Below are positions 27,448 to 36,910 of a stretch of 64,000 nucleotides of DNA, in pieces. Under the pieces are notes generated by a model that was not told where the DNA came from, made no database searches, and worked only from the letters and a program-made list of their open reading frames with translations. The DNA is from a bacterium (GTDB lineage Bacteria > Bacteroidota > Ignavibacteria > UBA10030): NCBI GenBank assembly GCA_043803945.1, contig JAZDJN010000035.1, forward strand, positions 1 to 64,000. The letters run 5' to 3'. How positions within the stretch are numbered: position 1 is the stretch's first letter; each line of letters begins with the position of its first letter. Both the position numbers and the translations under genes were made by a program.

Positions 27448-30138
27448 TTACGCTACAACGGTGATCAATGAACTCTTCTCAGGTAAAGGAGTCTTCAGAG
27501 CATCTTCCTGGTAAAGATAGTACTCTTCACCGCCGATCAATGCACCGTCACCATCACGAACCGGATATGGACCCTTCATCGCCAACGGTTCAAAGATTCT
27601 GAAGATTGTCGAATCACGCTTGGAGATGAGAATGAAGGAATCATCCCAAACGTCCGAACCGAAGTGCGGCAGATTCGCCGATCGGCCATAGTTTCCTTCG
27701 CCTTTCACCGACCCGGCCTCCATACCTGAACGGTTGAGGCTTGAGGCGTATGCCTCTGCTTGTGTCAGGTAATTCGATGTCACCTCTGATGCAAGCATGA
27801 AATCGGGCTTGTAACCTCGTGTCTGGCGATGTGCGGCAGCCGTATTGCTCACAGCGAAAAGCAGCTTGTTCATGTGCTTTTCCCACGCAACGCCTTCTGC
27901 CGGTGTCAGTGAGAAACGGGTTTCATTCGTGGCTTTCTTACCACCAACCACGACAGCTTTCGTGTTCGCCGGAGCCGACGGAGCGCCATCAGCATCGACA
28001 AATGCCACTTTGCCATTCTGGGCGTCCAAGATGTAGAACATAGTGCCGGATGTGCTTACTTCAAATTCGTTGATGGCCACGGCATCAACCGTAACTGTGA
28101 GTGTTTCGCCAGGAGAAATCGATGCACCGCTTGACGCCGTAAAGACTGTCGCTGTGCCGTTTCCTACTCCATTGTAGGTGAATGCCACCGAGCCATAGGC
28201 AAGGGCTGCGTTTCGCATTTCGGTGAATACCATCTGCTGGAGTGACCGCTTGAGATCTGCAATCAGATTTGCAATACCCTGGCTTACTCCTGTGATATTG
28301 GAATACCGTTTTGACAATGTCATGAACTCGTCCGAAAAGGATGCAGCCAGCTTAGTTGGCGTTGCGTCGATGTTGAACCATTCAGTCGTGAGCTTCCCTT
28401 TTGGAATCTTGCCAAACTCAGCGACCTTCAACTCACTCTGGCGTTTCTTCGAAGCCTTGTTGGTGAACTGGGTTGTGGTAAGGCCGCCTTCACGTCGATA
28501 TCGAGTGATGGGAATTTGATCGCGTTTTGCTGTCATCGGACCGAAGTCGGTCAGGCTCTCGATCATGTAATCGGAATACACTTCCTCGAGGACGAGTCTT
28601 GAAATGGTATATGGAATCTGGAAATCCGCCGGTGTCGTCGTGGCATCCACCAGAGCCTGAATCTTCGCTGACTCTTCGGCAAGGCGCATACCGTGAATCT
28701 GATCGTAAACTCTCAAAAACTCACGAACGGTAGGCCTGCGGTCTTTCCCGACCAGAAGGTTATCCTTCGTTGTGGATTGGAATTTTCCTGTTCCCATCAA
28801 CTGATCGGCAATGATCTCCACGCCTTTCAAATGTTCCGGTGCAAGTTTGATATCCATAACTTGTTGTCCTTTCGGCGCTAGGCCTTCTTGTTTCAACCGT
28901 TCCTGAGCAACACCGAGATTGAGCATCTTGACAAACTGCTCAACATGGGTATCAATCAACGCGGTGCTTTCGAATGATTTTGTTTTCAATGAATCAAGAA
29001 TCTGTGTCTTTGCATCGTCGGTTAGATCCAGCCTGGTAATCTTGTCGGTCAGATACGCCGCCATCTGTGTGATGTGACGCTCGGTGTTTTTCTGCTTCAC
29101 CTGCTTCTCAACTGCTAGCTTGATGCGATCGGTCAAAGCCGTGACATCTGTGGTGGCTGTCGCTGTGGTGTCAACGCCTGCAGAAGCCTGTGCAGCTGCT
29201 TCAGCGTCTGTCGGTGCAGGAATAATCATATCAACGATAGCCTTCAAGTCCGCTGTTATCTGCAGCAGTTTCTGGTTTTTCGTTTCGGGGTCCATCGTCT
29301 CATCGGCCTTTAAGCCTTCAACTCCGGTGCGGAGCGAAGCGAAGGTATCAACAATCTCTGTTGACATCTGTGTATCTTCCTTCGTTTGCGCCTGAATCGT
29401 GTCAACCAATTTGGAAACCGCTTCGACCAATTTCCCGTTGGCTTCAACAAGTGCTTGCAATTCTTGAGGTTTCAACATAGCTTCTTCCTCCTTATAATTA
29501 TCTTCGATGCGTGATAGGTTAACAATACGGTCGACTTCTATTGTGTCAAGAAGACGTATCTGCGTCCTGTCTCCTGCAGCCGCCGACTCAAGCAAACAAA
29601 AATCGTATCCAAGTATTTTTACAATCTTGTCAACAACGATAAAATAATTACCATCGACATCTTCACGAACACTTTGAATCCCCAGCGCTCGTTGCGACGT
29701 TCCTAATTTCACTTTAGAATCAAACAACACTTTTACGTGATCGCCATCCTTCGTAGGCAGTAACGAGATGTTCACCAGGGTCTCGCCAGCCTCATTCAAC
29801 GCAACGATCTCGCATGTGCCTGCAAGCTCTTTCATCGAACCCCGAATGTCTCCCATGGGATGTTCTTCGTAAGCAGTCAACTGCCACTTATCTGTTAACC
29901 ACTCGCTCACCGCATCCCTTTGAACTGTCATCGGAATGACACGCTGGTTTCCGTTGATAACATTCGCAATAGAGCCTACAGTCTGGAACCGGAACTTCTG
30001 ATCGGTGAGCTGTTCAACTGTGATTTCAATTACATCTGAGATGAACTCGACGGTCTTGCCAATCTTATCGAGTAATTCTTGTGGCAGCTTCGACGTGTCA
30101 GTCACGACCTTACTCTCTGCGATGTTTACCTTTTTCAT
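27448..30138 (-). CDS. Major capsid protein fused to prohead protease and scaffold
   Basis: N-terminal NGNQRV, HP, SQRALG, YDF protease pattern; helical middle; C-terminal GPM, TKLAASFSDE, ASEVTS capsid-like pattern; first gene of head operon. Confidence 0.75.
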   Translation of the reverse strand: MKKVNIAESKVVTDTSKLPQELLDKIGKTVEFISDVIEITVEQLTDQKFRFQTVGSIANVINGNQRVIPMTVQRDAVSEWLTDKWQLTAYEEHPMGDIRGSMKELAGTCEIVALNEAGETLVNISLLPTKDGDHVKVLFDSKVKLGTSQRALGIQSVREDVDGNYFIVVDKIVKILGYDFCLLESAAAGDRTQIRLLDTIEVDRIVNLSRIEDNYKEEEAMLKPQELQALVEANGKLVEAVSKLVDTIQAQTKEDTQMSTEIVDTFASLRTGVEGLKADETMDPETKNQKLLQITADLKAIVDMIIPAPTDAEAAAQASAGVDTTATATTDVTALTDRIKLAVEKQVKQKNTERHITQMAAYLTDKITRLDLTDDAKTQILDSLKTKSFESTALIDTHVEQFVKMLNLGVAQERLKQEGLAPKGQQVMDIKLAPEHLKGVEIIADQLMGTGKFQSTTKDNLLVGKDRRPTVREFLRVYDQIHGMRLAEESAKIQALVDATTTPADFQIPYTISRLVLEEVYSDYMIESLTDFGPMTAKRDQIPITRYRREGGLTTTQFTNKASKKRQSELKVAEFGKIPKGKLTTEWFNIDATPTKLAASFSDEFMTLSKRYSNITGVSQGIANLIADLKRSLQQMVFTEMRNAALAYGSVAFTYNGVGNGTATVFTASSGASISPGETLTVTVDAVAINEFEVSTSGTMFYILDAQNGKVAFVDADGAPSAPANTKAVVVGGKKATNETRFSLTPAEGVAWEKHMNKLLFAVSNTAAAHRQTRGYKPDFMLASEVTSNYLTQAEAYASSLNRSGMEAGSVKGEGNYGRSANLPHFGSDVWDDSFILISKRDSTIFRIFEPLAMKGPYPVRDGDGALIGGEEYYLYQEDALKTPLPEKSSLITVVA

Positions 30139-30180
30139 GCGTCCTCAAGTTGAGATTTGGAATTCCGTTTTGAACGTCCT

Positions 30181-30196
30181 TGAAATTCGTAAGGAT
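30181..30196 (-). promoter_or_regulatory. Putative late-gene regulatory motif, copy 2
   Basis: TGAAATTCGTAAGGAT, 43 bp upstream of the capsid ATG. Confidence 0.55.
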
Positions 30197-30267
30197 CATT
30201 TATGAGCAACTAATATTCTACTGAATGGTGTGGTGTATTAGTCAATATATTGAACATCTCTAAGCAT

Positions 30268-30321
30268 AAAAAAGCCGAACGACTTCAGGAAACCACTCGG
30301 ATTTCCCTGGGCTATTCGGCT
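30268..30321 (-). terminator. Intrinsic terminator in late-operon leader
   Basis: AGCCGAA...TTCGGCT long stem followed by a T run on the minus strand. Confidence 0.65.
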
Positions 30322-30383
30322 CTGATTACTGCAATCACTGCCATCACCAGGCAGCAACTACGATGGGCTACAAACCCTCTGCG

Positions 30384-30412
30384 AATATAACGTTTCTACA
30401 TTACTTTGTCAA
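30384..30412 (-). promoter_or_regulatory. Sigma70-type promoter facing the late operon
   Basis: TTGACA-17-TATATT. Confidence 0.7.
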
Positions 30413-30452
30413 GTAATATCTTTAACGTATCACATTATCGTATATTATATTG

Positions 30453-30767
30453 TTACGGTAACAAATCTGCAGCCTCTATCTCAACAAATAAGCCGCTTTC
30501 TAAGCGATAATTGGAGATGGCTAAAAGATGCTCTTCCGTCGCTGGCATCAATTCAGCCTCCTGGACACTATGCTCACCGTATCCGTTCTTAGGGTTATTG
30601 CCTACTGCGAAAGTAATGGGCGTCAAGAAAAGTGACTTTACATTTTCAAGTTCTCCAGCATCTATACCGGTGAAGTTGTATTCACCATTCTCAATCACTA
30701 CATCACCCACGAGTATTTCTTTTGGGCCAAAACGATCACGATATACCTTCACTTCAATCCTATCCAT
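30453..30767 (-). CDS. Hypothetical protein
   Basis: 104-aa ORF with AGGA RBS. Confidence 0.6.
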   Translation of the reverse strand: MDRIEVKVYRDRFGPKEILVGDVVIENGEYNFTGIDAGELENVKSLFLTPITFAVGNNPKNGYGEHSVQEAELMPATEEHLLAISNYRLESGLFVEIEAADLLP

Positions 30768-30833
30768 AAGATATTCCTTCCTACGCTGCTTTCAATTTTT
30801 GAGTATTCTTGCATTCTGGATAACGAACACAAC
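30751..30833. repeat. ~80-bp imperfect direct repeat, left copy
   Basis: Matches 32078-32159 (GAGTATTCTTGCATTCTGGATAACGAACACAAC exact). Confidence 0.85.
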
Positions 30834-31050
30834 AAAATAATAATTCTAAATCTATACTTTTCTCGGTCTACGAAATCGCTCCCTGATCGTATGATTAATG
30901 ACAGATTTCTAGCCCGAATTGACTTTTGAAGAGGGACAAATTAAAGCGGCTATTGCAAATCCTTTTGAGGCTCTTCGTTACGAGTAGTATCGAAGACCGA
31001 AATCACGCTTCGGCAGGATGGATAATTGCGGTATGAATAAACCGATAATT

Positions 31051-31452
31051 TTATTTTACCCAATTCTCGATTTTTAACGATGGGATTTTTCTAAACTCTT
31101 TTTCATTATTCGTAACGAGAATGATATTTAACGATATGGCATGTGCAGCAATTAAAATATCCAAAGCGCCGATGGGTGTGCCTTTCTTCTCTAAAGTTGC
31201 TCGCACTTTTCCGTACGTAGCGGCGGCTAAATTGTCGTACGGCAGAATTTCCAACGGTGCAGTAAATTTTGCGAGAGCAATTTTATTTTGTTCTTTAAAC
31301 AGACTTTTTTCAACGCCATATTCTAATTCACCCAATGTAATGGATGAAATACCAACTTCAGAAATATCCAACTGTTGAAGATGATTAAGCACAAGAACAG
31401 GTTTTTTCTTAATCAAATATATGCAGATGTTGGTATCCAGCATGTATTTCAT
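31051..31452 (-). CDS. vapC: VapC PIN-domain toxin
   Basis: YMLDTNICI, ELEYG, DILIAAHA, LVTNNEKEF. Confidence 0.95.
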   Translation of the reverse strand: MKYMLDTNICIYLIKKKPVLVLNHLQQLDISEVGISSITLGELEYGVEKSLFKEQNKIALAKFTAPLEILPYDNLAAATYGKVRATLEKKGTPIGALDILIAAHAISLNIILVTNNEKEFRKIPSLKIENWVK

Positions 31453-31679
31453 GGCAAAGGTTTTCTCTTTTGCTGTGCGGGCTGCTTTCTATCGTTCATA
31501 AAATCATTTGAGAACTTATCAAGACTTTGCATCAGAGATAACCATGGGTTGCCCTTAGGAATGAGCATAACTATGTTATCAAATTTTTTGACGAATACTT
31601 CTTTACCGTCAAGTCTGCAATCCTTCGGCAGACGAACAGCTTGGCTTCTTCCATTATTAAAGAGTTTTGCAGTTTGCAT
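31449..31679 (-). CDS. vapB: VapB (AbrB-type) antitoxin
   Basis: MQTAKLFNNGRSQAVRLPK; ATG 31679 with AGGAG RBS. Confidence 0.93.
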   Translation of the reverse strand: MQTAKLFNNGRSQAVRLPKDCRLDGKEVFVKKFDNIVMLIPKGNPWLSLMQSLDKFSNDFMNDRKQPAQQKRKPLP

Positions 31680-31697
31680 AATGATCTCCTTTTTGTC

Positions 31698-31713
31698 ATA
31701 TACCATGGTATAT
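31698..31713. promoter_or_regulatory. Probable vapBC operator
   Basis: Perfect palindrome ATATACCATGGTATAT upstream of vapB. Confidence 0.6.
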
Positions 31714-32077
31714 ACCTTTTTTACAAGAATCAAGAATATTGTTAAGATAAAAGAGTATCCGCTAAAGAATCGGTCGATGCTCACCAAAGGGTTTGGTGAT
31801 ACCATTAATGGCTCGTTGAACCAATTCTTTTCCAGCGGGCATCCCGGCCTTTGCCAAGCAGAAGTAATCTTTCGATATTTATGCGATCTTGGAAGAGATG
31901 AGATTATCAAATATTCGTTTGTATTCTATTGTGCCTCGTCAAAACTCAATCCCTGTACAAAATAGCATATTCAAATTGAAATCGATACTTTTGTTCTGCT
32001 TCAATTAACAGGGCAAAACCTCACATGATCAGATCTTTTCTATCGTTCTGTCTCGGATTCCTCAAATCAAGATCTCA

Positions 32078-32159
32078 ACTTAATCCCATCCATAAGAGAT
32101 TCCTTACTATGCTGCTTTCAACTTTTGAGTATTCTTGCATTCTGGATAACGAACACAAC
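32078..32159. repeat. ~80-bp imperfect direct repeat, right copy
   Basis: Matches 30751-30833. Confidence 0.85.
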
Positions 32160-32550
32160 CGAGAAATGTACCGTACTTACCAGTGCGTTCAACCATCCAT
32201 GCTCCGCACCCACATTTGATCATACCGCTTGCAATCTGTTCCATCGTTGTGCGTAAACGATTCCTTAGATTCTCCTTCCATCCTTTTGTCCGGTAAACAC
32301 GAGATTCACTTCCAACAGTCCTGCTGTGTTCTACTGAGAATATGATAACTCTGATTGCGTCAGCTCCAACCTTGCGGGCATGACCTTTCGCGCCGATAGA
32401 GCTATAAACTCGAACCTGCAGCCCGGGCTTGCTCTTCACATCGTAGGCATATACTTTTTCATATACATTTTGCAATTCAATAGGAACGAATTCCCTATTC
32501 TTCATGAATGAATCCATTTCTTCTTCAGATATTTCGTAATACGTTCCCAT
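32107..32550 (-). CDS. Phage protein with C-terminal topoisomerase-type zinc ribbon
   Basis: CGCGAWMVERTGKYGTFLGCVRYPEC. Confidence 0.7.
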   Translation of the reverse strand: MGTYYEISEEEMDSFMKNREFVPIELQNVYEKVYAYDVKSKPGLQVRVYSSIGAKGHARKVGADAIRVIIFSVEHSRTVGSESRVYRTKGWKENLRNRLRTTMEQIASGMIKCGCGAWMVERTGKYGTFLGCVRYPECKNTQKLKAA

Positions 32551-32659
32551 AATTGTTGCCTCAATGTTCCGTCCAGTGTGGTTTGTTATTATCAAGATGC
32601 TGGTGACTCCGTATGATGCGTGTTAGGCTCCTTGAAAATCAATTTAATAATGAGATGAT

Positions 32660-32950
32660 TTAGCTGGCCCTCAGTTTTAGTGATTGCCCTATTGACGACA
32701 TTACAATGCCGTATTCTTCAGCTTTTGAAATGCCCATCGCTGCATTCTTCTCGTCGCAGATCCTTCGAGCCTCTTCATAGTCCTCACCCCAGTACCACGG
32801 TTCCGTGTCTCCACCACCATTAGGATAGTGACCCTCCTCTGACTCAAATACTATCGACGGACGAAATCCCTTGCCAGCCACATAGCTCGTTACAGGAACG
32901 TAGTAACAATATTTGCGTCCCTCAGCGATCAGCCTATCTTTCCGCGACAT
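32660..32950 (-). CDS. Hypothetical phage protein
   Basis: 96-aa ORF, AGGAG RBS. Confidence 0.6.
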   Translation of the reverse strand: MSRKDRLIAEGRKYCYYVPVTSYVAGKGFRPSIVFESEEGHYPNGGGDTEPWYWGEDYEEARRICDEKNAAMGISKAEEYGIVMSSIGQSLKLRAS

Positions 32951-32959
32951 AGCATCTCC

Positions 32960-34291
32960 TTATTGTAGTCGTTTCCCGTTCGATTTCTTTTGTGGACCGG
33001 CGACAACATTCGCCTTGACCCGGCCATCCTCGATCTCGATGCCTTTCCCTTTACCTACCTTCGTTACAAAGTATTGCGTGTCTGTATCCGCTGCCATCAT
33101 CCTTGAGAACTCAGCAAATGTCTCTTCATCCAGTTTCTCGACTCCATCGACACAGACAATGTTGAACTTACCATTCAATGATTTGGCAATAGCAAGACTG
33201 ACTTGCACTTGTTCCGCTCCACTGAGCATATCGAACGAACGGCCATCGATCAGAACTTCGTCTTCCGTTATTCTCATTCCGTTAACCGGCAAATGAATCC
33301 TCTCCATCAGCTTCACCGGAATATCACTCGTCAAGGCAGTGACATAACCGTCTAACGTCTGTGCTTCAGTCCTGAGTGTGGAATAGTCTGACCGCAGCTC
33401 TACAAGACGTGTCGCTGCTTCAGCGTGTCCTTTGACCGTCTCATATTCACTAATCTGCTTCTCCAAGCCTTTTACATCTATCGGAGCAAGAATTGCTAAC
33501 TCTGCGTTCGTAGATTCCAGTTCAATAGTCTTTGTTTTCAACTGTCTCGTTAGATTGGCAATCTCCGTTTCAATCCGACTAGCATCAGCGTTCAACGTGG
33601 CAATTCGATTATTCGTCCCTTCTGCAGATCGAACTGAAGCATACAGTTTGTGCAGCCCACGTTCATCGTATGACGACATGTCGAAATCTGAAGGAATCAA
33701 CCTAGCTTGTTCCTGACCGGCAGCTTTCTTCTTCTCCATGTCACGGTTAATTGTCGTCCTCTTGTCATAGAAATACTTTCGTAATTTCTCGACCAGCACA
33801 AGGGCATGACCGGCCAGATATTGTTCCGACACATCATCAGGCCATTCCTGTATGCCTAACCACTTCAACATCTCTTCTTTTGTTACCTCCAGCTTGAAAG
33901 ATTCTAACAAATACCCGATCTGCTTCTTTTTGTCAAGCAAGAAGAACTCGGCAGGATTGAAACTGAACCCGCCAATGAGACTATTCAAGTACTCCTGCGG
34001 TCTTTGGATCTGCTCACCTTCAGCACTGGCAACAACTAACTTCGTCCCTCCGTTGGAACGTATCGACCGCTGAACGAATAGTTCATCCAGCTCAATCAGT
34101 ATCTCTGCCGAATCTTCTCCTTGGCGGACTTTAGCAGATTGATCACCTGCCAAAAATGCCGCCTCTATTGCTCGAAGCAATGAGGTCTTCCCCTGGCGAT
34201 TCTTACCTGTGACCACATTCACTGCGCCGGTCTTGATATCGACTTCACGTAACCCCATGAAGTTGCGTATTTGCAACCTTATCATTTTCAT
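32960..34291 (-). CDS. SMC/SbcC-like ABC ATPase
   Basis: Walker A GKNRQGKTS, coiled coil, LSGAEQ signature, VCVDGVE Walker B. Confidence 0.85.
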   Translation of the reverse strand: MKMIRLQIRNFMGLREVDIKTGAVNVVTGKNRQGKTSLLRAIEAAFLAGDQSAKVRQGEDSAEILIELDELFVQRSIRSNGGTKLVVASAEGEQIQRPQEYLNSLIGGFSFNPAEFFLLDKKKQIGYLLESFKLEVTKEEMLKWLGIQEWPDDVSEQYLAGHALVLVEKLRKYFYDKRTTINRDMEKKKAAGQEQARLIPSDFDMSSYDERGLHKLYASVRSAEGTNNRIATLNADASRIETEIANLTRQLKTKTIELESTNAELAILAPIDVKGLEKQISEYETVKGHAEAATRLVELRSDYSTLRTEAQTLDGYVTALTSDIPVKLMERIHLPVNGMRITEDEVLIDGRSFDMLSGAEQVQVSLAIAKSLNGKFNIVCVDGVEKLDEETFAEFSRMMAADTDTQYFVTKVGKGKGIEIEDGRVKANVVAGPQKKSNGKRLQ

Positions 34292-34641
34292 AGAACCCCT
34301 TCTGCTTCATAAGTGCAAAGGATACACTGTTCCACTACACCATCCTCATGACGCCATTCATGAAGATTAGCTTCTTCCGTGCCTTCGATGTCCCAATCGA
34401 CTATCGTAACTTTAACTCCTTCAGGAACCTGTGTGACATCCTGAACATTGCCGCCTTCGACAAAGACGAATATTTCTATTGGCTCATTCTTCCGTAACCC
34501 AATTAGCTCGTCAACCATGCCGATAAATTTGTGCTCAAAGCCTTTTAACACTTCGCTCTCTACAGCGAGCGCTGTGAAAAACTCCCCGCCTTTCGGATTA
34601 TACCACAGCATCTTGTCTTGTGGATTCAATACTTCTATCAT
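34288..34641 (-). CDS. Hypothetical phage protein
   Basis: Coupled ORF; VEGGNVQDV...IVDWD motif. Confidence 0.6.
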   Translation of the reverse strand: MIEVLNPQDKMLWYNPKGGEFFTALAVESEVLKGFEHKFIGMVDELIGLRKNEPIEIFVFVEGGNVQDVTQVPEGVKVTIVDWDIEGTEEANLHEWRHEDGVVEQCILCTYEAEGVL

Positions 34642-34653
34642 ATCGTCCTCCTC

Positions 34654-35331
34654 TTATGATTCATACTCTAATTGACCGCCACACTCCAGGCATACTTCTT
34701 TCTCAGAAATCGAAGGCGTGTCACACTTCTTACAATAGCCTTCCCATACAATCTTCTGATACCTCGGATAATTACTGTCGTCATCCTTCAACATCGTTAT
34801 CATACGAGATGCTGTGCGAGCAAAGATCGTCGAACAGTTAATGGCGACATCACCATCGTTCCAATATTTTCGTAACCAATCGTTCAATGAACTCTCTTCG
34901 TTGAAGTCAAAGAACAAATTGTAGTTTTCATCTCTAAAGATATGGTAACGCAAAATCTTCTCGACGATCGTGTCTTCCTCTATTTTCAAATCTTCCCAGA
35001 GATACGCCGAGAGGATACCACTCCAATACCAATCGTTGCCTCTCACCACAATAATCTTACCGTCAAAGTCATCAATCAACCGTCTGATATTCACAAACGG
35101 ACGACACCGCAGGTCGTTTAGCTCCCAAACCTCTTCGCAATAGTTTTCGACGCGATCCGACAAGCTGATACTCATAACATAGTACTTATCGGGATCCATC
35201 GACTTGTCTTTTTTGAATTGCTGAACCTTCCCCTCCCTCCATCTCCTGAGGAACAGGCTCTGACGATTCTTTATTCGGATACCCTTGACATCTTTCTCAA
35301 GATTTATTGCACATTCAAATGCTTTTCCCAT
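34654..35331 (-). CDS. Hypothetical protein with C-terminal zinc ribbon
   Basis: CKKC...CLECG. Confidence 0.6.
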   Translation of the reverse strand: MGKAFECAINLEKDVKGIRIKNRQSLFLRRWREGKVQQFKKDKSMDPDKYYVMSISLSDRVENYCEEVWELNDLRCRPFVNIRRLIDDFDGKIIVVRGNDWYWSGILSAYLWEDLKIEEDTIVEKILRYHIFRDENYNLFFDFNEESSLNDWLRKYWNDGDVAINCSTIFARTASRMITMLKDDDSNYPRYQKIVWEGYCKKCDTPSISEKEVCLECGGQLEYES

Positions 35332-35596
35332 TCGCTGCTTCTCCTAAAATTGAATTTGCATTCACCTCAATCTTGCTCGCTGCTCTGTCGTAATCAGTCC
35401 ATTCAGAGACTATATCGTTAATCTGTCCTTTCTCAAGACCAACGTATTTAACGCTCAAGTCATATCCTTTCCCTGCAACATTGACTCCAATCCAAACCGA
35501 CTGTCGATAGCGAAAGAATAATGCCAAAACGCTAAACAACGCCTTAACCTTCCAAAACCAACCTCGATAATATTCTTCGTTCACATCATGAATCAT
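35315..35596 (-). CDS. Hypothetical phage protein
   Basis: ORF directly downstream of promoter 35626-35653. Confidence 0.55.
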   Translation of the reverse strand: MIHDVNEEYYRGWFWKVKALFSVLALFFRYRQSVWIGVNVAGKGYDLSVKYVGLEKGQINDIVSEWTDYDRAASKIEVNANSILGEAANGKSI

Positions 35597-35625
35597 TCTT
35601 TCGTTCCATAGTTAATGTTGAAAAT

Positions 35626-35653
35626 AATGTAACAGTGAAGAGTGAGATGTCAA
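35626..35653 (-). promoter_or_regulatory. Early sigma70-type promoter
   Basis: TTGACA-16-TACATT preceded by TGT. Confidence 0.55.
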
Positions 35654-35829
35654 GTCTTCAGCCTCAGTAACTCATAGAGAATTGTTCCACCGACAATCAA
35701 AGCCAGCAACAATCCAAGCGGTGGATAGATGATGAACACAAGTGCTAAGAATAAAAGTATTCGATACATAGGATTATCCTTTCATGTGCCTATGGCCATC
35801 GATCGATACAGACGCTCGAGACCGATCAC

Positions 35830-36363
35830 TCATTGGACGACCACCTCTTCCCTAACTTCCCGCCGCTCTGGCTCGTAACATTCGCTCAATCCAAGAGCAT
35901 CAAGAATGTCATTCTCGTAACCACAGTTACATACCATCCGTTCACCTTCCCACAAGCCGTATTGGTTCAGCTTCCAGCCCTTGTTTGTCGCTCTTTTGCG
36001 ACAGAGGATGTTGAATGACGGTGAACCAGTAGCGAACAATGTCAATGCTCCAAATCCATTCACTGGACCGACATAGAACTCCACCTTGAATCCCTCAAAC
36101 CATCCAGACTTGAGACTGCTGCCCTTCTTCTTCGGAATCCATACGTCGCTGAGAATCGACGACAGATAGTTCTGGACTTTCGGTGTGAACGCTTCCTTCG
36201 TGATTGCGATATCAATATCACCGCAGATCGGACGCAACCGCCTGATGCTGCCGCAGACAAGGAAATCACTGCAATTCATTAGTCGGCATTTCACAAGTTC
36301 AAGACCAAACCTCTGGGAAATTGCGAAGGCATCTTTCAATGGAATGTGTTCATTCTGCGACAT
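35830..36363 (-). CDS. polX: Minimal X-family DNA polymerase (palm plus thumb)
   Basis: CGSIRR...GDIDI, ATGSPSFN...R..A..KGWKLNQYGL, YEPERRE; GGAGGA RBS before ATG 36363. Confidence 0.85.
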   Translation of the reverse strand: MSQNEHIPLKDAFAISQRFGLELVKCRLMNCSDFLVCGSIRRLRPICGDIDIAITKEAFTPKVQNYLSSILSDVWIPKKKGSSLKSGWFEGFKVEFYVGPVNGFGALTLFATGSPSFNILCRKRATNKGWKLNQYGLWEGERMVCNCGYENDILDALGLSECYEPERREVREEVVVQ

Positions 36364-36574
36364 CTCTGTATCCTCCTTCTTGGTGACATCCTCGTTAAAA
36401 TGAAAAATGTCCAACTTCTCTAATTTGAAATTGAACATTTGTCCTCAGTACTTAATAAAATGAATTATTTTTTGACACATTGTACATGTACTTGTACATA
36501 TATGTACTTACATAAAGATAGTACTTATAGAATTATTCTTCTGGGGATTTACTACGTTGACGGTACTAAGTACA

Positions 36575-36603
36575 AAGATATGTTACAAAAATTTGTTTGT
36601 CAA
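36575..36603 (-). promoter_or_regulatory. Sigma70-type promoter upstream of polX
   Basis: TTGACA-17-TATCTT. Confidence 0.55.
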
Positions 36604-36690
36604 GCATATTGAACGTGTAATCTTTACAATCGCTGAATTCAACTCAATCAGCGCAAATAAATCTTTCGAACAACCGCCGCCGCCGCCCGG

Positions 36691-36733
36691 AAAATAAAAC
36701 AGGGACACCGATAATACTCTAACGGTGTCCCTG
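36691..36733 (-). terminator. Intrinsic terminator
   Basis: CAGGGACACCG/CGGTGTCCCTG stem followed by TTTTATTTT on minus strand. Confidence 0.7.
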
Positions 36734-36910
36734 ACGTAAGGGGCAACTATGGCGCAGTCCGCTAATTAGCATCGCTGCCGTAACCGACGCTGAGAGGTGG
36801 AAGAGGAAATCCCCGGCTGCCATTCTGCCTCTTCCAAAGATCGGGTTGCATTAGCGGTAACGATTTAGATACAATCACCGACCAAACAAATGAATGAATG
36901 ACAAAGCGTA

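Noticed and set aside
31680-31910. N-terminal extension of vapB in the ORF track
   Set aside because: VapB homology, RBS and operator palindrome all point to ATG 31679
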